Assembly: GCF_041146345.1 (NCBI RefSeq)
Contig: NW_027191410.1
Location: 1,240,001 to 1,304,000 of the forward strand
DNA: 64,000 nucleotides
From: Neodothiora populina
Taxonomy: Eukaryota
Direction of reading: 5' to 3'
This document shows positions 37,720 to 51,470 of the stretch, piece by piece. Every line of letters begins with the position of its first letter. The first letter of the stretch is position 1. Below the pieces are notes generated by a model. That model was not told the origin of the DNA. It saw only the letters and a program-made list of their open reading frames with translations, and searched no databases. A program made the position numbers and the translations under genes.

Positions 37720-38727
37720 TCAGAGCCGCAACGTCTTGCTTTGATCAAAAGTATGTTTTTGCGAAGCGATGACATGTCCGTCCCCATTCGACGACGAGTC
37801 AATGCTGCCAGACATGCGATAACCCCTCTGATTGCTCAATACAGTCAACCCAACAATGTCAAACTCCGTCGTCCAATGCGTGTGACCGAATATCCAATAT
37901 CGGACATTACTGATACCAGACCAGGTGGCCCCTTCGCCCTCTAGCAGAGCTGTGGAAAAGGCCGACGTCCATGAGTTCTGCGTGTGGGCGGGATGCGACG
38001 TGCCTTGGTTAGAAGGCGCATGGTGTGTGACGACCATGACTTTTCGCGACGGATCCTCTATGTGTATCTTATGCAATTGACTTTTGAGCCACTCGACATC
38101 TTGCACGTGCTGCGCATTATGCACATCTACAGACCAACCGTCGATGTGACGGTAGTCCTTTACCTTGTTCTCCACAGCATGGCGGGCCGAGGGTGGAATG
38201 TGCGACCACAACGTACAGCCTAGCAGAGTGATGTCGGCATCTTCTAGATCTACGCGGTCCCTGTGCAAGATAGTCACTCTGCCGTTGAGACATGCCTCGC
38301 TCTCCAAAATTCGAGCGCTGACGATGCCGGCGTCGGAAGAAGTGCCGTGGAACTCGTGATTGCCCAACACGTAGAAGATGCGTTTGTAGGACATGATATG
38401 TCTTCTCAGGAAAGACAGGAGATGCTCATATTCTGCTAAGCTCCCCACGTCACCAGCAAGAACAAGGTAAGGGGCGGTCGGGACAATTATGTAGTCCGCG
38501 TACTGGTGGCCGAACTCGAGATGGAGGTCAGATATGATCTGGATCTCGACTTCATCTGGGCCAGTAGCGACGCTGCTGCATGCACTCGTGTCAGGGACGC
38601 TTGTGGAAGTGGGATATGCTCTTTGCTCATCTTCAGCAGCGACAGCTACCCTGCTGAGTCACAGTAAGAACAGCTGAGGATTTACGAAGATCTAGTAGAC
38701 TTACTGTACAGCTTCACAGGATGACAT
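37720..38727 (-). CDS. Calcineurin-like metallophosphoesterase; probable intron 38704-38651
   Basis: IQIISDLHLE, LVLAGDVG, VLGNHEF, GCTLWS, VVTHHAP, WIFGHTH, SNQRGY. There is no in-frame ATG before the first motif, so a short first exon (MSSCEAVQ, GTAAGT donor) is inferred; the start is tentative. Confidence 0.85.
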
Positions 38728-39233
38728 ATCATGACAATCGCTCCGTCTTATTTTCACGCATTCATCTTTACTCAGCACTGTATGCATAAGGTACCTTATT
38801 AAACTTGCCACCTCAGGCATGCAGCACCCGTTTGTCCCACGCACGGCCCTGAAAACCCTGAGGTTATTGGTGCTGTGGTGACACTGACGTTAACCCTGCC
38901 GGAGATAATTCGAGCTTTTGCCCATTTCTAAGCATTTTGACGTATCATCGTGCAGCAGCTGTGTACTGTCGCACCGCCTGAGCACGCCATCAAGAGCTTC
39001 TCTCTATCGTTGACGTCTGAGAGTCATATAGCCGTACAGTAGGTGTAAGCATTTGTAAGAAAGTAGAGAGAACTCCCGCGGCAAATCGGTCGCATGGTAC
39101 CTTTGTAGTCTATACAGCTACAGTATATATAGAGGACTCGTCCATCTACCCCACATCTCTGATCAATTCCCATTGCCTTGTAAGAACAGACAGATTGACT
39201 CCTAAGATCGATTGTCATTTCACTGATTTATAC

Positions 39234-40268
39234 ATGATTAAATCATCCATTCGACCACTCCAATCCATCAGGACTACAGATATCAAACCCTGTTTTCTAC
39301 TCAATCGTACTCAAGCTTTCCACACATCTCACGCGAGAAGGGCGGCTCCAAACATGACGACAGCAACATTCAAATACATGGACCCGGCGTCCTACGACCC
39401 TAAAGCCACAGCGCCCTTCGAAAAGCCATGGTCTAAAGTCGACGGACCAGGCCTCTCCTTCCGATTGGCCGACTACCAGCGCGACGTCGAAGACATCCGA
39501 GGCCAAGAATCGAACTTCTCGCCGGACAAGTCTGGATTCGGAGTTTACAACTACCCAGCAAAAGAAAAGGACTTTCGGGATGATAGACTCGTGCGAGAAG
39601 GGTACTATGCCGAAGTAGAAGATGTGCTGCGCCAGAAACTCGGGCCAAAAGTAAAGAAAGTAGTCATATTCGACCACACGATCCGTCGCCGTGAGAAGGC
39701 CAGTCCGCGACAGCCTGTGCAACAAGTCCATGTGGACCAGACGCCTGGCGCCGCAGAGACCCGTGTGCGACGACACGTTCCCGCCGGTGAGGCAGAAGCT
39801 CTTCTGGCTGGCCGCTATCAGATCATCAATGTCTGGCGGCCGATCCAGAACCCTGCCTCGGACTTCCCTCTTGCGCTGGTGGATGCGCGCACCACAGGTC
39901 CCGCAGACTTCATCAAGGTCGACCTTTTGTACCCTAAGCGACAGGATAGCCCCAACGACGACGGTGACGACAGAGGCAGAGAAACGCTTCCTGACCCAAA
40001 CTCTATGACATCTACTCAGGGCTATGAGGTCAAAGGCGAGACTTTCGGGGTTGCACCTAGTGATAAACACAGATTTTACTATGTCAAGGATATGACGCCC
40101 GACGAGGTCATGTTCATCAAGTGCTTCGATAGCAGAAGTCACTGGTACGGCCACGAGGGCGTTGCTCATGGTAGTCCACACACAGCCTTTGTCGACCCTC
40201 AGACCCCTGCAGACGCGCCTGGACGACAGAGTATCGAGGTGAGAAGCTTGGTGTTCTACGACGACTAA
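39234..40268 (+). CDS. CmcJ/AsaB-like protein (putative oxidoreductase or methyltransferase-annotated family)
   Basis: YYAEVEDVL, VVIFDHTIRRR, VHVDQT, RYQIINVWRPI, PLALVDART, FIKCFDS, SPHTAF, RQSIEVR. Alternative start at ATG 39354. Confidence 0.85.
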   Translation: MIKSSIRPLQSIRTTDIKPCFLLNRTQAFHTSHARRAAPNMTTATFKYMDPASYDPKATAPFEKPWSKVDGPGLSFRLADYQRDVEDIRGQESNFSPDKSGFGVYNYPAKEKDFRDDRLVREGYYAEVEDVLRQKLGPKVKKVVIFDHTIRRREKASPRQPVQQVHVDQTPGAAETRVRRHVPAGEAEALLAGRYQIINVWRPIQNPASDFPLALVDARTTGPADFIKVDLLYPKRQDSPNDDGDDRGRETLPDPNSMTSTQGYEVKGETFGVAPSDKHRFYYVKDMTPDEVMFIKCFDSRSHWYGHEGVAHGSPHTAFVDPQTPADAPGRQSIEVRSLVFYDD

Positions 40269-40768
40269 GTTGGATCTGGAAATGCCATTGCAATTGGCTT
40301 CAACGACGATCGAAAGACTGTCAAAAGCTAGGAAGAGGGGAAGGAGCGTTCGAGGCGACATCGCAATGAATTGAAAGGAGGCGAAGATTGGAGAATGCAT
40401 AATACTGAATTTAGCGAAAATGCTTCCATCTTAATATACCTAAGGTACTTAGTGCTCTCAGAGGGTCGAATCTTGACACGTTACAACCTTTCAAAGTCGT
40501 CAATTTCCATTAAATATTCATGTGCCGCTGCGAACGAATGTATGTGTATATGTAAGGTGTGACGTCCGGTCGTTCCTTCCTCCCAGGATATATCGTTTGC
40601 TCAACAGCCCCATTCATCATGAATGTAAAGCATTGTGTTGTCTCTGACATACTTTGACCAAAGACCTAGTCATTTCAATCACACATTAAATGACATGAGC
40701 AATAAAGATCAACAGAACGTCGTCACATCATCTCCAACACATCCATACTAAGCGATTCTACCGTCCGC

Positions 40769-42811
40769 TTAATCATCCTTGGCAAAACTGTACGCACCCT
40801 TGGTACTATCAAAAGTGCCATCCACTCCCAGCACACTCAGAATGTCCTTGAAGTTAGGCGTTCCCCATCCAGTGACAGCGTCCCAGGATTTCTTGGCTGG
40901 GAAACCAAGTCCATCGCTGATGTCGCCGCAGCCGCGCGCACTGCCGGATGTTATGTCAGTGAAGGCGGTGTGGCCAGTCTGGTAGAGCCTGTTGTCCGAA
41001 TGTATTAGTCTTGCGTCTCGTTTCTGGTCATTGCAACAAAAGAAGAACAGCGATGGCTTTGCCCGGAAGAAAAGAACATATGTGAGACATGACTTACCAT
41101 GGGTTCAAGAAGCCCATGGTGGATTTACCCGCAGTGACGAGCGCGTCGTTGACGAGCGCGAACACCGAGGCGATCGTAGGCGTGGCGGCAGAGGTTCCAC
41201 TGACGAGGATCGACTGTCCGTCCCAGTAAATCACATAATCCAGTCCTTGAGCGGCCAGATCAGGGTATGCGCGTCCCGAAGCATTGTACAGACCTGCGTA
41301 CTTGCCATTCAGACCCTCGACGTACGATGTTACGACGGAGTCTTGGTAGCTGGGCCGAGCGAAGTAATCAGAGAATCCACCACCTCCTGCATAGCTGCCT
41401 GAGTGCGCAACGACCTCGGGGTTGAAGTTCATAGTGCCGCCAACGGAAGTAATGTATGGACAAGTCGAAGGAAACAACGGGAGAAAAGTGGGGGCATTAG
41501 TGCCGTTGTTACTGTAACACGACCCAGCGCCACCAACACCGCCATCACCTGCTGCGAAAAAGAGTGACACGCCACGTGCGCCGAGCTGAGCGAACTCGTT
41601 GCATGTGCGGACTGCATACGACAGAGGAACAGTCTGTTCATCATCGTCATAAGACGTAGAGATGACTTTGGCGAGGTCTGAGTCATTGGTTGCGAGTACG
41701 TAGCTCAACCATTCGAGGTAAGGCTCGTTGGTGTTGGAGGTCGTGGTGTCATCAGCGGTGAAGGGAGGAGAGCCGCCAGTCGTGTAGGCAATCAATGGAG
41801 TAGGCCAGCCAATACCGATCATGGTTTCCACGTCAAGATTAGCCTCGATGTCAGGCTCGTTTTCCTCTACATAGCCCGGAGGGTAACTTTGTGCAGTACT
41901 GCCATTGTCGATCACATCGAACGTGAACTCATAGGCGGCCTCCTTGGCCTCGGGTCTGAAACGTTGGAGATACAGGTATGTGTCACTACGATTGTTGCTC
42001 TCGTCAAGGTAATCAGTAAGACCCATCTTGTTGACGCCGGCGCTCTGAGGCTCGTAGTCAATGGTTCCGTAAAGAGTACGTAGACAACCCGGAGTTACAG
42101 CATTCGCGACACAGACACTACCGACATCGGGAGCCTCGTAGTACTGAAGGGCCTTGCTGTCGAGGTCGGGCCGCTTCTCCACTTGCAATGAGATGGCTTG
42201 AGGCTTCGCGCGAAAGAAAGAGTTTGTGGGCTGGATGGTATCAATGTGTTCGTGAAGATGCGAAGGGAGAGACCAGTTCAGCGTACGAACAGTCTCACTT
42301 CCGTCGTCGTGTCGGTACAGAGAGTACTTGGTGTCCAATAGACTCTCCACACGTTCGACAGGGAGAGGAATGGTGATCCAATCTTTGGCGGGACTGAAGC
42401 TCAAATGGTCGTCGTTGATACCATTGTCGGCCAGCCACTCTCGGACCAACTCGAGAGTCTGGTCTGCAGGCTGTACAAATTTCTTCACCTCGTGCTCGGT
42501 CAAATGTTGACCGTAGCGGTCATGGGATGGATCAGAGACTAAAACATGTCTGTTAATGAACCATATCATTTTCTGGACCACCAACAACACACACCTTCAT
42601 AGAGATGCCTCTCAAGCTCATGGAATCGGTCCTGCTTCAGAGCAATACGGAGGTTGATCGTATGCGAGGCTGGAGCAGGTGCGACCTCTCTCCACCTAGA
42701 CGGCAGCAGATGAGACTCCTTGACAGTATAAGGACTGCGAGCCCGGATGGGCTTGCCATTGACTGAGCCGGCCAGTAAGCCAGCTGCGAGAAGGATACCA
42801 GTAGTCCTCAT
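40769..42811 (-). CDS. Secreted sedolisin / tripeptidyl peptidase (S53) with pro-domain; introns 42594-42539, 41097-40989
   Basis: Signal peptide MRTTGILLAAGLLAGSVNG; pro-domain VSDPSHDRYGQHLT; EANLD; AAGDGG; GRAYPDLAA; catalytic SGTSAATP; C-terminal WDAVTGWGTPNF. Confidence 0.93.
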
Positions 42812-43337
42812 GGTCGCTACTTGACGAAAGATTCCAGTCCGGAATGCAAGAGAAAGGAATGCAGTGGACAGGAAGAGGTGAGGAAACAAGAAAACGACAT
42901 GGGCATCTGCCCGCTACTTAACTCACATCGTCCATGAGATGGTCGAAGCTACTCCATACATGAAAATCTACCTTGAGCACGACAAGATGCTACGCTAGGT
43001 TCGGCAACACACACGACCTCCCCGATCAGAGTTAGGGTCGCTGCAAGGCAAGGTATGCAGCAAGAAGCAGGGGGCAACAGTGTCGCGTTACATACAGGTG
43101 ATGCCTGCCGGTTTCGTTGATCGTCTGTCTCATGTTCGCAACTTGATCAACATTAGCATCACAGAGTTATACAAGGTGGACCTGCGTTAGTCGTGCATGC
43201 TAAGATGTTTCGAGAAGGTCGCCCCTCGGGAAGATAAGAACGGACTTGAACCTTTTTTTTGACGAAGCTTTCGATATATGTACGCTTGATTGTCACATAA
43301 TTGCGATATATGACATGATATATCCGATGATATACAT

Positions 43338-43360
<23 letters not shown>
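43338..43360. repeat. (CA)11 microsatellite
   Basis: Perfect CA run in the divergent intergenic region. Confidence 0.9.
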
Positions 43361-43368
<8 letters not shown>

Positions 43369-43962
43369 GACCCTTGTGAAGAAACACCCGTAGATGACTG
43401 TCAGCCACACAACTGCTGTGCTCGGGCGGTGCTGCGTTACTGCACCTTGCCGTCGCGAGGTGCATGAACATGCACGTACCGAGATACATACCTGCGGGCG
43501 ATAAAGTGCTAAGAGCGAGCAGCAGTCAACGTCTCTAAAGCACGGGACACTTATTGGTGGTCCGAGGCATGACGTTGGGCTACTGTACTGTACTGTACCT
43601 TGGTGGGGAAAGAGCACTCTTTGTTATCGCCAATACAGTAGGTGCCTTATCCTCGAAGCTTCAATAGATCCATTTATTCCCATCAATAATAAATGGCAAT
43701 ATAAGCTATCTGCTGTATCTCTGCAGAGCGTTCGCAAGCGAGGAACAACAAAAAAAGAAAGGCGGTAAAGGGTCGCGAAGAATATAGTGATTACCAACGA
43801 GTGACACAGTAGTGGTCTTTTCCGTATACTGCACTGTAAGGTAGCTTATCAACTGCTCGGCGAAAGGCAAGATAAAAACAGACATCAGTCGATCATAGCC
43901 GAAAACAGACAGGAAAATATAGACACCATAAAGTAATAGTGCACAAGCGAAGAACCAGGAAC

Positions 43963-45026
43963 ATGACCACCGGGGCGGCAGAAGCAGTAGGTGGTGGAGG
44001 GTCATCAGAAGCAGCAGCAGCAACAGCAGGATACCAACCAGGCGGCTTCATCCCGCCACTATCACCACCGCCCTCATCAACAACATCTTCAGCCCTCCAC
44101 AACAACTCGGCCCTACCGCAACCGCGCAGATCGCCTTTGAAATCCGGCGGCACCAAAGAATCGAGCTTCATACGCTTCGTAGACCAGAAGATCCTGCACA
44201 TCCAGCGACGGTTCGCGAAGCGCGATCGCGCGCTGGAACAAAATGTCGGACGAGTCAAGGAAGTCGATGAAGATGGCAGACTGATCCAAGAAATGAGCGA
44301 GACGACGACGCCCGCGACTGCGCTGTCCGAGGAGTGGTATGACGTGCCGGGATACGCGAGCTTTGGAGAGGCGGCCACGGAGGTCGAGGAGTTGATTAAC
44401 GTTACTTGGGTCAGCGGCACACGTATGTTTTTGGTGAGGTCTGATTTGTCTGTAGTATCACTGATTTATATCCTCACAGCTTCCCTCCAGGTCCCGTATC
44501 TGATCTCTCTGGCTCTCCTCACAAGCTCCATGATTCCTGCGTTCCCGGCATCGCCGAAACCTTTGTTTCGTCTACTAGGCAAACTCGACCACGCGTTCGC
44601 TTCTCTCATACAGCAACGGGACATCGACACGGGAGACCCTCTGCCAGGGTTCAGTATGCGACGAGGCGTGAGCGGCACCGAAAAGGTGCGCATCAAAAGT
44701 CTCGTCGAGCGGACCAGAGTCTGCGTTGTGGATGTCATGAGTAAAGGTGAATTCGAAGAAGACGATTACTTGTCTGCGGCGGACGAGAGCGCGCAGAGTG
44801 ATCTCGATGGCGACTTGGTTCTGGAAGGACCCGATGAGCTTGATCTGGAGGAAGAACTCGAGAGCGAGGATTGGGAGATGTACGTTGCAAGGGTCTACGA
44901 CAAGACGCTTGTCGAGCTTGGTGATAGCATGGGAGGTCCAGAGATAGGCAGTAAGCTCTTGTTCCTTCGGTCACTCTTCAATCATACTGACATTCATCCT
45001 CAGTACGAACAGAGCCCGTCAGATGA
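43963..45026 (+). CDS. Tfb6-like (TFIIH subunit 11 family) protein; introns 44423-44479, 44951-45003
   Basis: Spliced motifs WVSGTPSLQVPYLISLA, LLGKLDHAFASL, VSGTEKVRIKSLVERTR, YDKTLVEL match my recollection of the fungal Tfb6 family; acidic tail. Family call needs an HMM check. Confidence 0.7.
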
Positions 45027-45522
45027 GTTTATACATACCAATAGTAGTATGATCACGAAGAAATGTGGATGAAACAACAAGATGTAAATGCATTATTAGC
45101 ACTCATCATTCATGATCACATCTACTTGTAACGGTCTCCCCCTCCACCCACTTGCTCCAGATCGTGTGCTCGTCAATCTGTGGCCTCCTATATCGCTAGC
45201 ATGTGTTCAAAGTGCTTGGTTTTCGAGTCTTTATTCTCAATTCTCTATGATTGAGATTCTTCTTTCAATAACTTCTATTAATACAATGTCGAAAAGAATT
45301 AGAAAGCTTTGTCCTGGTGCAACAGGGTTACTGCCGAAAATTTCGATGCACATAGGCCACAAAGGTCGAAGGAGAAGCCACAAAAAGATGCAGTAACATG
45401 ACCTTCATGGACGAAACCAGTCCTTCACCTGAAAATGGTCGACCCATACGTAAGGTCGGATGTCAACGCCATCTCCTACAAGCCTATCCGCTTTTATAGG
45501 TTAGCTGGTGGCAAAATCCCCC

Positions 45523-48500
45523 CTAATGTCCTGCCTTAGTGGCAATCTTTCTCAGCACGCCGGTTATGCCTCCTCTCGGGTGAGCGAGCATAAATGCTAG
45601 CTCGGCGACACTCTGTTGCGCCAACTGGCAGCTGACCGTGGCGGTATCCGCAGCCTGCTGGGCAACGATCATTGATCGCTCGGCCTCACGGCTATGGGAG
45701 ATAGTGTCCATCAAGACTTTTGCAAAGGAAACTAGGCGCTCCTTCTTGGTCATGTCTGTTTCGTTGCTTGCTTCTGCAATCAGGGCCTGAGTGACATTCA
45801 TAACCGCGACAAGGTCTTTTGTTTTGTGCGCGAGCCACTGACCCGGTGGCGCGGGGTTGATCACCGATGCGGTCTCAATTGGTTGACATTGAACACCGCC
45901 TGGAGCTGCACCGATTTGTGCATCCGGTAGAACACCTTCGTCAACAGTGACCAGAGATCTTCCGTGATCAGGGTTGCCATGTACATTCAGAGTCGTTTTG
46001 CGAGATTTGTTGTTGAGACGCTTGCTATCAGTGGAGGGAATTGGTGGAGTTCCAATTTCACGTTTGGCCGAGAAAAGCCCTTTGAAGTTACTGAATAAGC
46101 GACCCTTCGACTCCGATCTGCGCCGAGTCTAGTGAGATTATCAAGTCAGTAAGCAGGTCATGAATTCCACAAGGTCGTGACCTACCTTGTCTTTGGTGAC
46201 AGGCTGCAAAGGTGTTGTGGTTCCGCTGCTGAAGGCAGTAGCATGAGATCCAGCATGACGACAATCAGAAAGCCCTGCAGGTGAAATTCTGGTGCTAATT
46301 TCATTTTCCTGCTCTGATAGATGCATGTCTGGGCCACAGTGGTCTATGGACTTTGCGAGAGCAGTGTAGCCTGGAGTCTTGGTCATTGAAAGAGCTTTAC
46401 GTGATCGGCTGGATTTGCCACTACCATCAAGCTCGCCCTCCGTAGCACCCAACACTCGAGACGCCTTATATGGCAGACGAGGGGCAGGCGCAGAGATTGT
46501 GCCATCCTTGTTCTGTACCTTGCTCGCGCGACGAGCTTGCGAGGCAGGTGTAGAGTTCATATAAGATGGCATGCATTCGCTTGGTTGATCTGGCATTGGG
46601 CGTGGAATGCTACTACTGCTTATGGCCTGGTACGAAGTCTCTGGTTTGACAACGCTGGGATAGTTAGTGTTTTGCTGTGCTGCTGACGTGGTTTGACGAA
46701 TCATCTGAGGACTGATGGCCTCGCTCGCTGCACTGTCCTGCTTTTTGGATCCGTGAAAGTAGTCGTGGGTCTGCTCAACACGCTGGCGCAGCCGTTCGTT
46801 GTACTGACTGGCGAAAGCAAGGAAACTCTCCTGAGTGGGCATCGCAGGAGGAGAGGTTCCTTCGAGTAAGGATAGAGTTGTAGTGATTTCACCTTCACTC
46901 TCTCCGTCTCTGGCCGGCAGTTTCGTCCCTGTCCTGGGACCATAGCATAGGAAGCCATCGTTGGTGCCAGGAAGTCCTGCAACGTCAGTACTCAAATCAT
47001 GTTGGGCCTCGAGATCATGGTGATCTGGCCCAGTGACACCACCGTGTGGCTCAATATCCAGCGGCGATACATCTGGTTTTGGCTGCGGCTTACGATGATC
47101 AGTTTCTTGCTCACGATCAACTACCTTGCGAATGGTCAATTCATCCCCATACGGGATAGGTCGACTTCCGTCGAAAGCTGCATCTTGATCAGTCAAACGC
47201 CCTTGTCCAGATCCCATGATAAGAGCATCCGCATCATCGTGAATTGTGAGGGTAGAGCCCAGGAAGGAGCTTGAGAGCAGCTGACCTGATAGCTTCCTGA
47301 CCCGACCGCTAGAAAAAGATCCCGTAGAAGTGCTGCTGGCCTTGTGCTGCAAACGCTGGGTTTGACGTGGGAGGAGGTCAGTCGGTACAGGTGAAGGAGT
47401 CAATCTTCGGACTTGATGGCCTCTGACGCTGGACAAGGACACCTTCGTGGCAAGGGTAATTTGGGCGGAACCTGGCTGCCTGATTCCACCACTAGACGAC
47501 TGGCGACGTGCACTGGCACGTGGAGCCTGATCTAGAGCGGCCAAGTCAGCCGGTGTGTCAAGACGACGTCCACCAAATATAGGGCCATCCGACGTGGGCA
47601 CTGATGGCACTGGGATGATTGGGGCTTTGATTTCAACAATGTTAGGAGTCTTCCTGGGGTCAAAAATGGGGATGCGCGAAGCAGTAGTCTGATGCTTGGA
47701 AGTTCTATGAGGCAGAGGCATACCCGGTTGAGGAGTCGGCGTTGCAGGGAGAACGCTCGACCGACTAGCGAAGCCTGGTTTTGGGATGCTGCGCCGAACC
47801 GAGATGTTCTTCGGAGAAGTCTCGTGGTCTTGAGGCTCTTGGGTGATGCCGGTAAACTTACTGACCAGCTCGGTGGTGTCGACAGTAGAGATGGTTAGAG
47901 CACCGTCCGAGGTACTATCGATCACTGACATGGACTCTGGACCGGCATCTTGAGATTGGAGATCGATCATGGTCGGAGATCTGGTGGCGAAAGAGCTGTC
48001 GGTGCTGTTAAAAGATTGCCTGAACTGAGCTGGGGGCACAAGTGAAGTAGGCGTCTCCGGGGTATCGGCTGACCAATGACTCCTCAGATTTGGGTCAGGA
48101 TGATAAGAACACAATGTACGAGTGATAGGAGATGCATGAGGGGGAGGCACGAACTCGGCCAGAGAAGTGAAATCTGAACTAGAAATTGCGGTCGCAGCCA
48201 AAGCAGACTGACGCAAAGGAGAGAGCGTTGGCCAATCTGCCTCATTAGAAGTGCCAGGAGAAAGTCGCAAAGGTTGCTCCGCTGCATCCATTATACTGCG
48301 GCCATCTTTGCTTGGACTCATCGTATTGACGAATGTAGCAATGGGACGTGGAGGCAACGCCTTTTCCATCGGCAGAGGCTTGTTGACAGAACGTGGCTTC
48401 TTTTCCTGTATCTATCTGTCAGTGGAAAATAGAGGCGAGATGTGAACAAGACATACGCACTGGAATGTGGGAATGAATAGTGACAATTGAAGACGGCTGA

Positions 48501-48841
48501 TCAACGATCGAAGCACTTCCAGGAGCCATAACACCTCTGAGGGTAGGAGCAAGTCGTTTGCTGGAACTAAGGCTCTTCGCGCTGTTGGGCGTCTCTGCAC
48601 GTTTAGGCAGCTTTGATGCTGACAACATTGGTGTATACGGACAATGTGATGCGACAGGCAGTCTTGGGACGGACTGCTTGGGCTGCACACGTCCTTTAAC
48701 CGGAATCTTGCCAGAGAAGTTGAGAGGAAAAGAGTTTTCGTCACGGCGCTGAGGGGTGAGATTGTGAAGATCAGGCACAGTGGGAGTGCCGAGGTGCGGG
48801 CCCCGTGTGTTGATGCTCCGATCACTCAGAAGAGGAGCCAT
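45523..48841 (-). CDS. Large Ser/Pro/Thr-rich uncharacterised protein with helical C-terminus; introns 48460-48406, 46185-46129
   Basis: Three ORFs (140, 742 and 113 aa) join in phase via GTGCGT...CAG and GTAGGT...TAG introns. C-terminal KERLVSFAKVLMDTISHSREAERSMIVAQQAA looks helical. Confidence 0.75.
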
Positions 48842-49866
48842 GACTTACTTCACTTACACATGCTATGCGTAAAGTGGAGTGCTTTTTTGGGAGTTTGCTG
48901 TGAGATGATATGTAGGACCAAAAGAAATGAAATTGGGAGCGGTCGATAAAGCATGCAGAGTCGTCGAGATCTTGGGATGTGGCAAACATCAAGGCATCGC
49001 AATCAGGATGGAGGGGATGATTTCGCCATTATGCGTATGTGCTCTCTAGCAGGTAACTACCTTGTCCGGTGTACGTCGCGCCTTCCATCTCTGCTGGTAA
49101 TGCATGCGTGCGCACCCCTCTTTGGCCTGCATCTTTGAACTGCCTTACCTACCTACCTGACGGTACCTTGCCTTATACTACAATTCTTCAGATATTAGAT
49201 GCCATATAGTTGTCGAGTTCAAGCACACCATATACATCGTGGGCAGTGTAGTGCAGTCTTTCTCGCCGTGATAGATCTACGATGCCTATGGAAGAGACGC
49301 TGGCTCGTCTAGAGGAACCCAAGTTCAATTTGAGAAAGCAAGGTAGCAATAGCGTAAAATACCTTACGCAAGAGCAAAAACTTCGTGTCACATTCAATAT
49401 ACACATATAGCAATGGACGGCTGCAGGACTTATCGATTAGCCATGCCCACGCAACCGATTGTGCATGGGTTTCTTAGAACAAGAAGGGTGATCTTGTACA
49501 ATGAATTGATAGGAAAAACGACAAAGACACTGTGAAGCAGTGTACTGAGGCATTTTCTCCCCGACGACAACAAATGTGTCAGCACGGCTCTCAGTGCGGA
49601 TGTAGTGGGAGATTGAAAGCGGAGGGAGCGGAGGTTAGTTTTGGCGTCGGCCAGATGCTGGAGGAGATTTCGGGCCAAAAATGCCTGAGATTCGAAGCCG
49701 AAACGGCATGACGGCAGTTTCGGAAGAGAGCTCTGACCAACTCCGACCGAGGGTCAGCAGGGTCAGCGTAGAAAAGTCTATAAGACACATGTCCCCTGTC
49801 TTTGGGCCCATTGAAAAGAGAAGAATAGTTGTCTTTGTGGTACCATATCTCCATATAGTCCACAAC

Positions 49867-51470
49867 ATGATTGACGACGCATACAGGCAGCGGAAGATTG
49901 ACCATGTCACCGGGTTCACCGGTGGCAGCATCTGGGAGATCAATGAGGTGACCTTCATAGCTCCGGTATGCTTGCTTCCTTTCTCTCGCGATTAATATCT
50001 CCCATATCTCATGCCAGCAATATCTAGGCCGCTGCTGCGCTCTGGGCGGTGCTACAAACGCGCCAGAAGTTCTTCGACCCTTATACTCCAGCAGCATATC
50101 TGACGGATTTTCTGATTCACGTGGGCGCTATTTTGTTTGCAGCGACCGCATATAGCGACTCGCCGGTGACATTGCTCGGCCTGCTCTTGCTTCCCGCCAT
50201 TGCGAGTGTCATGAACACGCCCGCGCCAGAGGAGAAGAAGGCGGCCAAGCCCACGCTCAAGGATGATTTGGCCGAGCCTGACCCATTGGATGACGTGCCC
50301 GTGAAGCCTTATATCACGACTTACCGTGGAGCGATGATGATCATCACCTGCGTTTGCATTCTCGCGGTTGACTTTGACGTTTTCCCACGCAGGTTTGCCA
50401 AAGTTGAGACCTGGGGAACTTCGCTCATGGACATGGGTGTTGGATCCTTTGTTTTCGGTGCCGGAGTGGTGGCTGCGAGACAGCAGCTCAAGGACGAGGC
50501 GCAGGAGGGCCACATGACCCGATCTACGTTTCTCGAGCGTTTCAACGATTCCCTGCGCCACTCACTGCCTCTACTCGCGCTGGGGTTCATCAGACTCTAC
50601 AGCGTCAAGGCGAGCAACTACCAGGAGCACGTGACCGAGTACGGAGTGCACTGGAACTTTTTCTTCACTCTCGGCCTTCTTCCCCCTTTCGTGGCCATTT
50701 TCCAGTCATTCTTCAGACTGGTGCCGTCCTACCAGGCGCTCGCGTTTTGGCTCGTGGTGCCTTACGAAATGTCTTTCTGGTACTCTGACGTCGGCTTGTA
50801 CATCATCTCTGCGCCGCGAGTGGATTTCTTCTCGAGCAACAGGGAAGGAATCTACAGCTTCATCGGTTACCTGGGTATCTTCCTCGCAGGACAGGGTATC
50901 GGTATTGAGGCCCTCCGGCGCGACGTGGATGTCTTCACTCCCATGACCAGCGAAGACGAATGGGTGGCGTCCGTGCTTGGTGGTGATGAATCCGTGGCAA
51001 AGGTGCGGGCAACTCGCAATCACAACTCACTGCTCAAGTTGGCCAAATGGACTGGAATCTGGCTGGCCGTCTATGTGTTGCTTGTCGGGCCTTATGGCCC
51101 TCGTCTCACAGTCAGCAGACGCCTGGCGAACCTGCCGTATCTGGCATGGGTGTGTGTCTTCAACTGCTGGCAACTGCTGATGTTCAGAGCGATCGAGGGA
51201 TACGCGTTCCCCATGCTCTACAAGGCCAGCAACAAGACCGAGGAGAGGAAACGATGCGCCAAGGCAACGAGCAAAGTGTTGCATGCGTTCAACAGAAACG
51301 GACTGGCAGTGTTTTTGGTCGCCAACTTGCTGACCGGAGTGGTCAACATGAACCTGGCGACGCTCGACATGTCCGATGTGGCGTCGATGGGAGTGTTGGT
51401 GGGCTACATGTTGATTCTCACGGCATTTGCACTGACGCTCGATCACTTTAACATTTCGATCAAGCTGTAG
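49867..51470 (+). CDS. GWT1: GPI inositol acyltransferase GWT1/PIG-W; intron 49966-50027
   Basis: GGSIWEINEVT; CILAVDFDVFPRRFAKVETWGTSLMDMGVGSFVF; YQEHVTEYGVHWNFFFTL; NREGIYS; VSRRLANLPY; FNRNGLAVFLVANLLTG. Confidence 0.95.

Noticed and set aside
39297..40400. 367-aa minus-strand ORF
   Set aside because: Antisense mirror of the CmcJ/AsaB-like CDS.
51459..51470. GWT1 C-terminal IKL as a peroxisomal signal
   Set aside because: Not a canonical PTS1, and GWT1 is a multi-pass ER protein.
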